In this document: piece after piece, positions 38,878 through 49,062 of the stretch | Position numbering within the stretch: the first letter of the stretch is position 1 | Layout of the letters: every line of letters starts with the position of its first letter | Assembly: GCA_046735395.1 (NCBI GenBank) | Contig: JBJKQR010000078.1 | Coordinates: 1-64,000, forward strand | DNA from: Fidelibacterota bacterium | GTDB taxonomy: Bacteria > Fidelibacterota > Fidelibacteria > Fidelibacterales > DSDE01 | Direction of reading: 5' to 3' | Length of the DNA stretch: 64,000 nucleotides | Made by a program: the position numbers and the translations under genes | The notes under the pieces: model-generated | What the model was told of the DNA's origin: nothing | The model's database searches: none | The model's input: only the letters and a program-made list of their open reading frames with translations

Positions 38878-41800
38878 ATGATAAAAAAGTTGTTAAAGTT
38901 GTTTTTCATTTTATACCTGCCGGTAATTCTTTTTGCAGGTACAACTGGAAAAATTGCCGGTACGGTTACGAGCAAGGATACCGGTGAACCGCTGGCCGGT
39001 GTGAATGTGATTCTGAAGGGGACCGGACTTGGGTCGGCCACAGACCAGAATGGTCAGTACTACATTTTGAATACACCCCCCGGGTTGTATGAACTGGAAG
39101 CTTCGTATATCGGATATGCAACCTATACTGTTTCCAATATATTTATTACGGTGGATATTACCACTACCATTGATGTTGAAATGGAGACGGAGGCGATTAA
39201 GGGACAGACTGTTACAGTTGTCGCTGAAAGGCCTCTGATTGAAAAGAAAGCGACCAATGAACGCCGAATCATTCGTCGGGAAGACATTGAAAATATTCCT
39301 GTCAGGGATACTCAGAGTATGATTGCCACCCAGACCGGCGCTGTTAAAGTCGGAAATCAGATGTACATCCGTGGTGGCCGCGCCGAGGAAGTTGCATACT
39401 ATGTCGATGGCGTTTATCAGGTTAATGATTTTAACCGTGCCAACCGTCCCGATGCAGCAGAAATTTCATCCCAGGCCATGGAGGAAGTCTCCTTCCAGGC
39501 AGGTGGTTTCGATGCTGAATACGGATCTGCAAACTCCGGCCTCGTGGCCATGTCCACCAAGACCGGCGGCCGCAATTTTCAGATTTCCGGAGAAGTGGCA
39601 ACCGATGATTTTCTGTCACGCGATAAAGCCATCCTGGGAACCTATTCCTACGGCAAGCAGATTGCCAACCTGGCTGTAAGCGGCCCTCTGGCACCGAATT
39701 TGAGCTTCTATGCCAATCTGGAAAAACAGAATGACTATGATCATGCGCCGACATCGGCAAAGCATCCGGAAGCGACCTATATCGGTGACCCGGACAGCAT
39801 GAATTATTCAACATATGAAGATTATGTCGTGAAATCCGTCTATGGTCCTCAGATTAATAATGGGGAAGATAAGCTGCTGGGAACCGGCAACATCTTGTTT
39901 TCAAAGGAAAAACTGAGAATCAAGGTCGGCGGAAATTTCAACATTGACAATCTCCATGATTACAATTACGGGGGTCAGCCCTTTGCGCCTTATGATGTTC
40001 AGAATATCTATCTCTGGAAAAGCATGACGACGGCGGCATATGGTAAGGTTACCATGGCCATCAATCCCAAGACCATGTTCAATGTACAGGTCTCTTATTT
40101 CCGCGATTATTATGAACGGGCCAATCCCAATTACTGGGATGACTATCTGTATTACGGCACGAAGAATCTGCTCCTCAAAGATGCGAAGAAATTTGCGGCT
40201 ATGAGTGACGCTGATTTCAATGCGATGTTTCAGAATGAAGCTTCCACGATGCGGAAGATTCTGGCAGATACAGCAAGTTATGGCAGAGGTATTGTTACTA
40301 AGAACGATACGGCTTATGCAGCCTATGTCCTTGCTCCTCAGCTGGCAAATAACGGTTCCGATCCCAGCGCAAAACAGGAATATGCCAACTTTCTGGCACC
40401 AGGGACAGTGAATGGTATTTTTCAGAAAAATGAGACAGCCTATATCGGTATTAACAGTGATCTGAAGGCACAGGTCGGCAATCATGAAATGAAGTTCGGT
40501 CTCGACATGCGTTACTATACCATCCGCTATTATGCCTTGGGTGCACCGGAAAGACTTTCCTCGTCATTATTTGGTAATCTGCCTGTTGCGCCGGCGGATT
40601 ATACGGATACCACTGTTCCGTACAATACTTATATTAACAATTACTGGGAGCAGGCTTATAAGTATGCCTATGCAGAGAATATGGGCTATGATATATATGG
40701 TAGAGCCGCCATTGACAAACCTCTGGGCGAGGATCGAAACAGTGCCCGTCGTCCCATCGTCGCAGGTCTTTATTTCCAGGACAAGGTTGAATTAAAAGAC
40801 CTTATCATGAATCTCGGCCTTCGTTGGGATTACATCAATACGAATAATTACGTTTTCCGTGATCCCTATACGGTTATCACAGATAGTCTTGGCAATATTG
40901 CTGAAAATGTATACAAGAATGAAAAAGGCGAATATAAAAGCTATTCTCCTACCTATGAACTGGATGGCGAGACTCCTATTGATCTGGTCGGAAGGAAACA
41001 GCTGGTGAAGAGAGACGCGCTGAATTATCTCTCTCCCCGCCTTGGCCTTGCTTTCCCGGTGACGGACCGAACAGCTTTTCATGCCCAGTACGGGAAATAT
41101 GTACAGCAACCCCGTCTCAGTAATCTCTTCCTGAGTTATACACGTTTTTCAGCCAATCTGCAGCAGGGTAATTATACCGTTTCAGGTAACCCGCAGCTGG
41201 AACCAGTTCGGACTACCAGCTATGAAATGGGATTCAAACAACAGTTCGGAACGAGCATGAGTCTGGATGCAACCATTTTCTATAAGCAGATGACCGGTTA
41301 TGTTCAGATCCGCAATCTTGACGGCGCCTTCCCGATCGTCTATGCAAATTACCAGAACGGAGACTATGGTACGGTCAAGGGTCTCAGTTTTTCCTTCAAC
41401 ATGAGACGAGTCGGATATGTCCGCGCCTTTGTGAACTATACTCTGCAGTATGCTAGCGGTACGGGTTCAAGCGGAACTTCCGTCAGTACGGTTGCATGGC
41501 AGGGCGGTAATTTCCCGACCTTCACATCTCCGCTGGATTTTGACCAGAGACATACCGGCTCCGTCAATCTTGATTTCAGAACGACAAAACGCGATCTGAT
41601 CAAGAATGCCGGTGTCAACTTCCTCTTCTCCTTCGGCTCGGGCCGCCGCTATACGCCGATCAAGATGAAATCCTATTTATTCTCCAGTACAGGTGATGTT
41701 CCGACCGCCGGTATCAATTCCGGTGTCATGCCCTGGACCTACAATCTGGATATGAAGATGAACAAGAATATAGAATTCGGTCCTGTGAAGCTTAATGCCT

Positions 41801-42024
41801 ATTTGCTGGTTAAGAATCTTCTGGGCCGTGTTAACGTTGTAAATGTTCACCCTCAGACAGGTATGGCTACAAATGATGGATGGCTGGAAACTCTGGAAGG
41901 GCTGAACTGGCTTGCCAATCCCGCCACTCATAAGGATCTCTATATCCTGGCAGTACAGAACGTGGATTATTTTGACGCACCCAGAACTGTTCTGGCGGGT
42001 CTTGAATTTTTTATCGGTAAATAA
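38878..42024 (+). CDS. TonB-dependent outer membrane receptor with N-terminal carboxypeptidase-regulatory-like domain
   Basis: Signal peptide; TGKIAGTV..DTGEPLAGVNV; plug IRGGR..EV.YYVDG and GGFDAEYG; barrel motifs LSPRLG.AFP, GNP.L.P..T..YE.G and PR. Confidence 0.92.
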   Translation: MIKKLLKLFFILYLPVILFAGTTGKIAGTVTSKDTGEPLAGVNVILKGTGLGSATDQNGQYYILNTPPGLYELEASYIGYATYTVSNIFITVDITTTIDVEMETEAIKGQTVTVVAERPLIEKKATNERRIIRREDIENIPVRDTQSMIATQTGAVKVGNQMYIRGGRAEEVAYYVDGVYQVNDFNRANRPDAAEISSQAMEEVSFQAGGFDAEYGSANSGLVAMSTKTGGRNFQISGEVATDDFLSRDKAILGTYSYGKQIANLAVSGPLAPNLSFYANLEKQNDYDHAPTSAKHPEATYIGDPDSMNYSTYEDYVVKSVYGPQINNGEDKLLGTGNILFSKEKLRIKVGGNFNIDNLHDYNYGGQPFAPYDVQNIYLWKSMTTAAYGKVTMAINPKTMFNVQVSYFRDYYERANPNYWDDYLYYGTKNLLLKDAKKFAAMSDADFNAMFQNEASTMRKILADTASYGRGIVTKNDTAYAAYVLAPQLANNGSDPSAKQEYANFLAPGTVNGIFQKNETAYIGINSDLKAQVGNHEMKFGLDMRYYTIRYYALGAPERLSSSLFGNLPVAPADYTDTTVPYNTYINNYWEQAYKYAYAENMGYDIYGRAAIDKPLGEDRNSARRPIVAGLYFQDKVELKDLIMNLGLRWDYINTNNYVFRDPYTVITDSLGNIAENVYKNEKGEYKSYSPTYELDGETPIDLVGRKQLVKRDALNYLSPRLGLAFPVTDRTAFHAQYGKYVQQPRLSNLFLSYTRFSANLQQGNYTVSGNPQLEPVRTTSYEMGFKQQFGTSMSLDATIFYKQMTGYVQIRNLDGAFPIVYANYQNGDYGTVKGLSFSFNMRRVGYVRAFVNYTLQYASGTGSSGTSVSTVAWQGGNFPTFTSPLDFDQRHTGSVNLDFRTTKRDLIKNAGVNFLFSFGSGRRYTPIKMKSYLFSSTGDVPTAGINSGVMPWTYNLDMKMNKNIEFGPVKLNAYLLVKNLLGRVNVVNVHPQTGMATNDGWLETLEGLNWLANPATHKDLYILAVQNVDYFDAPRTVLAGLEFFIGK

Positions 42025-42038
42025 ATAAAGGTTGTAAA

Positions 42039-45000
42039 ATGAAGAATAGAAAAAATCTACTGATACTTTTCTCATTAAGTTTATCGTTGCTCTTTACAAC
42101 AACCGGTATTCTTTTTGGAAGAACGGATAGTGTATCGAGAGATAAAGTCGGGAAAACCTCGACACTTGAATTTATTCAATTCGATGTGAATGATATCCGG
42201 GCATGGGTAGGAAATAACGGACAGATTGTCAGTAATATTCCTACAGGTGATGCCGGCTTGGAATGGAAAAAAGGGACAGGGCTGACGGCTGTATTCGCTT
42301 CCGGCTTATGGACCGCGGGGAAAGTAAATGGTGAAATTCGTTCCGCTGCATCTGAATTCACGAGTGAATTCAATCCGGGAAGCATCATTTATAATCCGTT
42401 GACGCCTACTGTTGCCGGTGTCCCGGATAACCCGAACGATACGCGGTTTCAGGTCTCCTCCATTAACAAGGGGGATTCATCAAATCCCGCTTCTCCCAAT
42501 TTCAACCGTGAGTATGCCACCTGGCCCTCATCTGACGGAGCCCCGGCTCATGATGGAGAAATCTTCACGGATGTGAATAAGAATGGCGTGTATGATGATG
42601 GCGAGCCCTACGAGGACTTTAATCTGGATGGGGTTTTCAATTATCCGGATGGGAAATTGGTAACGGGTGAAGATCCGCCCCAGATGACCGGTGATCAGAT
42701 GCACTGGTTTGTGATTAATGACGCGAATGTCAATACACACGGAAATCTGTGGAATACCCTGCCCCTTGGTATTGAAGTTCAGACTACACTCTTCGGATTT
42801 GACAGATCGGATCCTCTGGGTGATATTATGTTCGTAAAATGGCTTATCATTAACAAGGGTGGTCACAAAATCGATGATATGCTTCTCTCCATCTGGGCTG
42901 ATATTGATCTTGGTGATGCCAATGATGATATGGTGGGATGTGATACGGCTCTGAGTGTGGGCTATTTTTATAATGGGTATGCGACGGATACGGATTATGG
43001 AAATACACCACCAGCTGTTGGCTACGATTTCTTTCAGGGGCCGATCGTACCCTCTGTAGGATCTACCGCGCTCGTTTCCGGACAGAAATTTAACGATTAC
43101 AGGAATCTGCCGATGACCTCCTTTGTTAAGTATATTAACAGCAACCCTACTTATCGTGATCCGGAAAACGCCGAGGAAGCATATAATTATATGTCCGGCT
43201 TAACTCTGGACGGCGAACCCTGGTATGACCCTTCCGGTGCCGTTACGAAATTTCTCTATCCGGGTAACCCGGTTACGGGAACGGGCTGGACTGAATACGA
43301 TGATGATACACCTCAGGATCATCGTTTTCTCATGAGTACCGGACCGATTAACATGAAAAGCTGGGAGGATACGGACAACGACGGTTTTCCGCAGGTGGGC
43401 GAACCGGGTGTACAGGAAATTGTGGCGGCCATTATTATTGCCCAGGGTACAAACAATCTGAACGCGATTGATGCCATGAAGTTTTTTGATCAGTATGCGC
43501 AGGCAGCCTATGACGCTCAATTTGTCGTGGCCAGCCCTCTGCAGCCTATTGTAAAGACCAGCGAACTTGACCGTGAGATCATTTTTTCATGGATGGAAAA
43601 AGCTGATGATGTGGAAAGTTATGATGAACTGGGATATACGTTCCAGGGCTATAATGTTTATCAGGGCGAATCTGCAAACGGTCCCTGGACTCGGCTTGCT
43701 ACCTATGATATTGTCGATGGAAATACCTTGATCCTTGACAAGTCCTTTGACCCGTCTACAGCTCTGATTCTGGAAGGACCGGTTCAATATGGTACGGATT
43801 CCGGACTTGAGAGAATGATCGACCTGAAGTTGGATGCCTTACATGGAAATTCCCGTCTGATCAACGATCGTACATATTATTTTGCGGTTACATCCTATGC
43901 ATTGAATAATGATGCTGCTCCTAAAACGGTGGAATCGTCCAAAAAATACTACGAAGTGAAACCGCATCAGCGGGGAGTGGGAGAAGTTCTGAATTCATAC
44001 AGTGGAGAGGATGTGGATTTTGGCCATGTCGGTGAAGCAGAAATGAAATTCTCCATTAACGTTCTTGATCCACTGCAGTTAACAGGCGATACCTACAGAC
44101 TGGGTTTTGAATTTGATTCCACTGCGATGGCCGGATCCTGGTACATGGGACGCCTCAGCCTTCCTGACAGTGTGATCAATGCGGGTGATACTCTGGTTGC
44201 ATCTTCTGAATTGATGGATTACAAATCGGATTTCATTGACGGCTTTCAATTCCAATTGACTGATGTCAGCTTTAAAGCTCCGAATCAGCATGATACGACT
44301 TACCAGGTATCAAATCCTATTCCTGACAAGACCATTGTTGACCGTTTTGTAGCGGTTTCTCCCGGCGGTGTGGATTCTCTCCTTTATTATCCGGCTGCTC
44401 CGCACATTGCCAAGGTGGATACATTGTATGGTGGTACGAATTATTATGATAACTTCACCATTGTAGAGGAAGGATTCGACACCTATATCGATTTATCTAA
44501 ACTCATCTCTCACAGCGTTCGAATTTCCGAATTCGGTGGTGGTGGATCCGGAACTGATCTTGCCCGCGGAGTTCTGCATAATGGTGGATGTCAGGATCCG
44601 CTGCTTCTGCAGAGTGATCTGGAACTCTGGTTTACACAAAAAGGCCAGATGGCAAGTTTTGTTCGGAAAGGCTTGGATGCTGATACGATGATCTGGATTC
44701 CTTTCGAACTGTGGGATGTTGAACGGAATAAACAGCTTTGTGTCACTATTTACGATTTTAACCATGACGGTGAATTTGTTGATACAACGAATAATACCTT
44801 TGAATCCTCTGATTATATCATTTCCATGCATAAGGACTATGATACATACAATGATTCACTCATGGGGCTTAAAAACAGCACTGATCACGGCTGGCTCTGG
44901 CAATTCGGTGGAGGTAGTAAATATTCCATTGGAGACACAGTATTAATGACCTTTATTAATCCTGTTCGTGCGGGAATAGATTTCTATACCTTCTCTCCTG

Positions 45001-45374
45001 AAGCTTTGGATACGGCTGTCAGTATTGCCGATCAGAAAAAACAGCTGAATGCCATAAATGTCTTTCCAAATCCATATTTTGCCTTTAATGTGGAAGAGAC
45101 ACAGCCTGTGGAAAGATTTGTACGATTCACACATCTTCCGGTCGGAGCCTGTACATTGCGTATCTTCACTCTGGGTGGGCAGCTTGTCAAGAAAATTGAT
45201 CACGGAAGCACTCCCTTTGCAGGGACTACGAATGATCAGTGGGATATGCTGAATGAAAGTTCTATCCCTGTCGCCAGCGGTATGTATATCGTCCATATCA
45301 CTGTGCCGAATGTGGGAGAGAAAATTCTGAAGCTTGCAGTCTTCCTGCCTGAAGAACGCTTGGATATTTACTAA
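42039..45374 (+). CDS. Large exported protein with T9SS-like C-terminal sorting domain
   Basis: Signal peptide; FQGYNVY..YYFAVTSY FN3-like segment; C-terminal INVFPNPY...RIFTL.G.LV...WD..N....VASGMYI. Confidence 0.85.
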   Translation: MKNRKNLLILFSLSLSLLFTTTGILFGRTDSVSRDKVGKTSTLEFIQFDVNDIRAWVGNNGQIVSNIPTGDAGLEWKKGTGLTAVFASGLWTAGKVNGEIRSAASEFTSEFNPGSIIYNPLTPTVAGVPDNPNDTRFQVSSINKGDSSNPASPNFNREYATWPSSDGAPAHDGEIFTDVNKNGVYDDGEPYEDFNLDGVFNYPDGKLVTGEDPPQMTGDQMHWFVINDANVNTHGNLWNTLPLGIEVQTTLFGFDRSDPLGDIMFVKWLIINKGGHKIDDMLLSIWADIDLGDANDDMVGCDTALSVGYFYNGYATDTDYGNTPPAVGYDFFQGPIVPSVGSTALVSGQKFNDYRNLPMTSFVKYINSNPTYRDPENAEEAYNYMSGLTLDGEPWYDPSGAVTKFLYPGNPVTGTGWTEYDDDTPQDHRFLMSTGPINMKSWEDTDNDGFPQVGEPGVQEIVAAIIIAQGTNNLNAIDAMKFFDQYAQAAYDAQFVVASPLQPIVKTSELDREIIFSWMEKADDVESYDELGYTFQGYNVYQGESANGPWTRLATYDIVDGNTLILDKSFDPSTALILEGPVQYGTDSGLERMIDLKLDALHGNSRLINDRTYYFAVTSYALNNDAAPKTVESSKKYYEVKPHQRGVGEVLNSYSGEDVDFGHVGEAEMKFSINVLDPLQLTGDTYRLGFEFDSTAMAGSWYMGRLSLPDSVINAGDTLVASSELMDYKSDFIDGFQFQLTDVSFKAPNQHDTTYQVSNPIPDKTIVDRFVAVSPGGVDSLLYYPAAPHIAKVDTLYGGTNYYDNFTIVEEGFDTYIDLSKLISHSVRISEFGGGGSGTDLARGVLHNGGCQDPLLLQSDLELWFTQKGQMASFVRKGLDADTMIWIPFELWDVERNKQLCVTIYDFNHDGEFVDTTNNTFESSDYIISMHKDYDTYNDSLMGLKNSTDHGWLWQFGGGSKYSIGDTVLMTFINPVRAGIDFYTFSPEALDTAVSIADQKKQLNAINVFPNPYFAFNVEETQPVERFVRFTHLPVGACTLRIFTLGGQLVKKIDHGSTPFAGTTNDQWDMLNESSIPVASGMYIVHITVPNVGEKILKLAVFLPEERLDIY

Positions 45375-45389
45375 AAGAAAAGGTGTGAC

Positions 45390-46448
45390 ATGATGAACAT
45401 GAAAACGATACATAACAGACTCCTTTCAATTTTTATAGTGGTTGCACTGCTTGCATCGGTAAGTTTTGCAGGAAGTTTCGAGCGTCAGGGAACAGCCGGA
45501 GCCCAGGAATTACTTATTCCTGTAGGCTCTGTGGGAACTGCGCTCGGCGGATCATTCAATGCCAGTATACACGGTATTGAAGCGGCCTATTGGAATCCTG
45601 CCGGGCTGGCAAAGATTGAAGGAAGCGGAGAAGCAATCTTTTCCCAGCTGAGCTATATTGCAGATATCAACGTGATGTATGCCGGTGTGGCTGCCAAGCT
45701 CGGCGCTCTCGGTGTAGGTGGTTTTACTTTGAAAACGCTGAATTTCGGTGATATTCCCGTCACAACCGTTGAACAGACTGATGGAACCGGAGAGACCTAC
45801 TCTCCCCGGTTCTTCACACTCGGGCTTCTGTATTCAAAATCACTTTCCGACCGGATCAGCGTTGGTACGAAATTGAATATCATCAATGAGACGGTTATGA
45901 ATACATCTGCCTCAGGCGTGGCCTTTAACGCCGGTGTCCAGTACGAAATGTCACGGGTCAGCATCGGACTATCGATTCGGAACTTCGGACTGGATATGCT
46001 CTTCGATGGTCCCAACCTTGAAATGAACATGGTTCCTGCGGGAACCGAACCGGGGGCACGACAGGAACCGTTTAGGATTCACCTTTCTGCCTTTGATCTT
46101 CCCACTCTTATGGAAATGGGCGTTTCATCCAAGCTGATTGAATCAAAAGATATGCAGCTGGAAGTTGGGGCAACCTTTCTGAATGATAACTTCGCCTTCG
46201 ATCAGTATAATTTCGGTGGCGAATTGCTGCTTTATAACATGGTTGCACTGAGAGCATCCTACTCACTGGCTCAGAATCCTGATACAGGTGCCTTCCTTTC
46301 AAATTCTGAAAACTATCTTTATGGTCTCGGATTTGGAGGTGGCCTTAAATTAAAATTTGGTGGTACAGATCTCTATCTTGATTATTCATCACGCATAACG
46401 GCACTCTTTGCGAATAATCAGTGGCTGACCATCAGAATCGGATTTTAA
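45390..46448 (+). CDS. PorV/PorQ-like (FadL-superfamily) outer membrane beta-barrel
   Basis: G.AGAQ.L.IPVG....ALGG and AAYWNPAGLA motifs; terminal Phe (IRIGF). Confidence 0.85.
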   Translation: MMNMKTIHNRLLSIFIVVALLASVSFAGSFERQGTAGAQELLIPVGSVGTALGGSFNASIHGIEAAYWNPAGLAKIEGSGEAIFSQLSYIADINVMYAGVAAKLGALGVGGFTLKTLNFGDIPVTTVEQTDGTGETYSPRFFTLGLLYSKSLSDRISVGTKLNIINETVMNTSASGVAFNAGVQYEMSRVSIGLSIRNFGLDMLFDGPNLEMNMVPAGTEPGARQEPFRIHLSAFDLPTLMEMGVSSKLIESKDMQLEVGATFLNDNFAFDQYNFGGELLLYNMVALRASYSLAQNPDTGAFLSNSENYLYGLGFGGGLKLKFGGTDLYLDYSSRITALFANNQWLTIRIGF

Positions 46449-46477
46449 AAAAACCTTAACAAAAAAGGAGAAAACGC

Positions 46478-48811
46478 ATGAAACACGTTAAGTTATTGAC
46501 CATCGTCGCTTTGGTGCTGGTTTATTCTCTGAGTGTGTTTGCTGCCGTTGACGCAGGAAGCGCCAATGCGAACAGTCTCGAGAATATCAAGCTCAAAACA
46601 CCCCGGCCCTATGTAGCGGCAAAGCATGATGTGAAGGCTACAAATACGAAAGGCACTGACATTGTTATGTCATGGCTTGCCGATTATAATCTGCCCATCG
46701 CTTCCAATTTCGGAGGATGGACTCACGATTATTTCTTCGAATATTTTGTGCCTTCCGCTGATGGAACACTGAACAGCATTGATTTCAACTTCTCTGATCT
46801 GCCTGAAGCTACAGGTGGAAAATTGAACGTATGGATCTACAAAGCCAATTACGCCTGGCCTGAAATCAATACAGGTAATGCGGCAAATAACCAGTGTACT
46901 CTCGGATCTCTGGGATACTACAACAACCCGACCGGTTATGAAGTTGCTCCGCCTTACGATGCAACAGATCCCGATGCCAATTGGGTAAAAGGTGCTATCA
47001 ATTCAGCTCCCGGCGCATATCCCGACAAAAAATACGATCCCATGGGTGAGCAGCTTTGGCCAACTTTCGGTGCTGGTGCACTGGATATGGTTCCTACTGC
47101 TGAAGATGATGGGGCAACAGTTCCCAATATTATTGTGAACTTTGATCTGAATGCTGCTGCTGGTGAATCCTTCAATTTCACCAGAGGAGATACCTTTGTT
47201 GTCGTCGCAAGAATCGTTGGATTTGAGAATGACGGTGACGGCGCTGACTATCGCGCTGGTTTCTGGAGTGGTTCCATCACCATGCCTAATGAAGTTGAAC
47301 AGCCCTGTGCTAAGTTCTACAGCGATATTTCCGGTTTCAATACGAACTGTAATCCCGCCGGTATCGGCTGGTATGTTCGTACCTACGTCTGGGATTGGAG
47401 ACTCAATGCTACTCTTACCGGAGACAGAGGTCCGGAATTTGTGAGCATGACATCACTTGCTACTACTCTGAGCACGGGTGCCCAGACTGTTAGTGTGAAT
47501 GTTACCGATGACAATCCCGGTGGCGGTGCTGCAGGTGTTGCCGGTGTTGATCTGTTTTATTCAATTGATGGCGGAGACTATGTTTCTGTTGCCATGACCG
47601 GCTCCGGCGAAAACTTCAGCGGTGAAATTCCCGGACAGCAGCCAGGTACAGACATCACCTATTATGCCGTTGCTACGGATGTAGGCGGTCTTCCTACTAC
47701 CAGTAGTGTGAATACATATTCCATTTTTGCCGCGACAGCCCCGATTCTGCTGGTTTATGATTATTCCACATTGTCCAGTGCTTATGCCTGGTATTATATG
47801 TATGCCACAGCAGACACTTTCCAGAATAATTACGATATCTGGGACGGCGCATATGGCCCTGTTACGAATCAACTTCTCTGGAATTATGAGATGGTTATTC
47901 ATATCATGGGCGACGGTCCCGACAACCAGCCCGATAATATTGGTGAAGTGTACAAAACCTGGCTTTCAGGCGGTACTGCTGCAAATCCTCGTCGTCTCCT
48001 TATTTCCGGACAGGACTATGGATATATTTCAGGATTTGCTGATACGACCTTCGCTGCCGGTTCTTTCGAATACGATTATCTCGGTATCGAAACTCTCGGA
48101 CCGCAGGATGTTAACTATGACGGATCTGTCGCATCCTATCAGACTCCCTACGCAGTGAATGCCGTTACTGGAACTCTGACTGGTGATCTCATCGATTTCT
48201 GTGGTGACAGCCTCCAGATGTTCTATAATCCTGCTTTCGAAATTGGAGCAAACAACTGGATCGACAATCTGACTCCCACGAGCAGCGCGACTGTATGTTT
48301 CACTGATCCGAATAACGGAGATGCAGCTTGCGGTGTTTACAATGGTACAGATGCCTGGAAGACAGCTTTCTGGGCTCTTGATTACCTGAGCCTTGATTAC
48401 TATGATCCGGCTGATACCACCAGCAAATACTACTGGGCGCTGACAGATGTCTGTAACCCGATCGAAGCTACCCTTGAATGGTTCGGAGCTCCGACCATGG
48501 TTGTTACCGATGTGAAGTCCATTGAAAATGCTTCTGCCTACAGACTGAATGCAAACTATCCCAACCCCTTCAACCCCACCACAACTCTCAGCTTCAGCAT
48601 TCCGTCTCATGAGCTGGTTAGCCTGACCATCTACAATATGCTTGGACAGGAAATCACCACTCTGGTGAACAGCACTCTGGATGCCGGTGATCACAGCTAT
48701 GTCTGGAATGGCCGTGACGCCGCCGGAAATATCGTTTCCTCCGGTGTATATTTCTATACCATGAAGGCTGGAAACTATACGTCCACCCAGAAAATGGTTT
48801 TCATGAAATAA
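46478..48811 (+). CDS. Secreted protein with T9SS type A / FlgD-Ig C-terminal domain
   Basis: Signal peptide; L.ANYPNPFNPTT.L.F.....IYN.LGQ.I.TL...WNG.D..G..VSSGVYFY...KM..MK. Confidence 0.88.
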   Translation: MKHVKLLTIVALVLVYSLSVFAAVDAGSANANSLENIKLKTPRPYVAAKHDVKATNTKGTDIVMSWLADYNLPIASNFGGWTHDYFFEYFVPSADGTLNSIDFNFSDLPEATGGKLNVWIYKANYAWPEINTGNAANNQCTLGSLGYYNNPTGYEVAPPYDATDPDANWVKGAINSAPGAYPDKKYDPMGEQLWPTFGAGALDMVPTAEDDGATVPNIIVNFDLNAAAGESFNFTRGDTFVVVARIVGFENDGDGADYRAGFWSGSITMPNEVEQPCAKFYSDISGFNTNCNPAGIGWYVRTYVWDWRLNATLTGDRGPEFVSMTSLATTLSTGAQTVSVNVTDDNPGGGAAGVAGVDLFYSIDGGDYVSVAMTGSGENFSGEIPGQQPGTDITYYAVATDVGGLPTTSSVNTYSIFAATAPILLVYDYSTLSSAYAWYYMYATADTFQNNYDIWDGAYGPVTNQLLWNYEMVIHIMGDGPDNQPDNIGEVYKTWLSGGTAANPRRLLISGQDYGYISGFADTTFAAGSFEYDYLGIETLGPQDVNYDGSVASYQTPYAVNAVTGTLTGDLIDFCGDSLQMFYNPAFEIGANNWIDNLTPTSSATVCFTDPNNGDAACGVYNGTDAWKTAFWALDYLSLDYYDPADTTSKYYWALTDVCNPIEATLEWFGAPTMVVTDVKSIENASAYRLNANYPNPFNPTTTLSFSIPSHELVSLTIYNMLGQEITTLVNSTLDAGDHSYVWNGRDAAGNIVSSGVYFYTMKAGNYTSTQKMVFMK

Positions 48812-48830
48812 TCTTTCATATAAATCATTT

Positions 48831-48864
48831 GAAAAAGGCCGGTTCTTCCGGCCTTTTTCTTTTT
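48831..48864 (+). terminator. Rho-independent terminator of the TBDR operon
   Basis: GAAAAAGGCCGG-TTCTT-CCGGCCTTTTTC perfect hairpin followed by T-rich sequence. Confidence 0.9.
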
Positions 48865-49062
48865 CGGTAATTTTTATTTTTCTTTCCTATTTTAAACTAA
48901 ATACTGAATTATTAATTATACTGAATAAAATGCTAAATAATTGAAACCTTGATGGATAATCTGTTATTTTAAATCACTGGTACTCTATTGATATTGAAAG
49001 TAAATTTACAGTGATATGAATTTAATAGGAAAGATCCTTCTGACCAGTGTGAAATACCAGGT

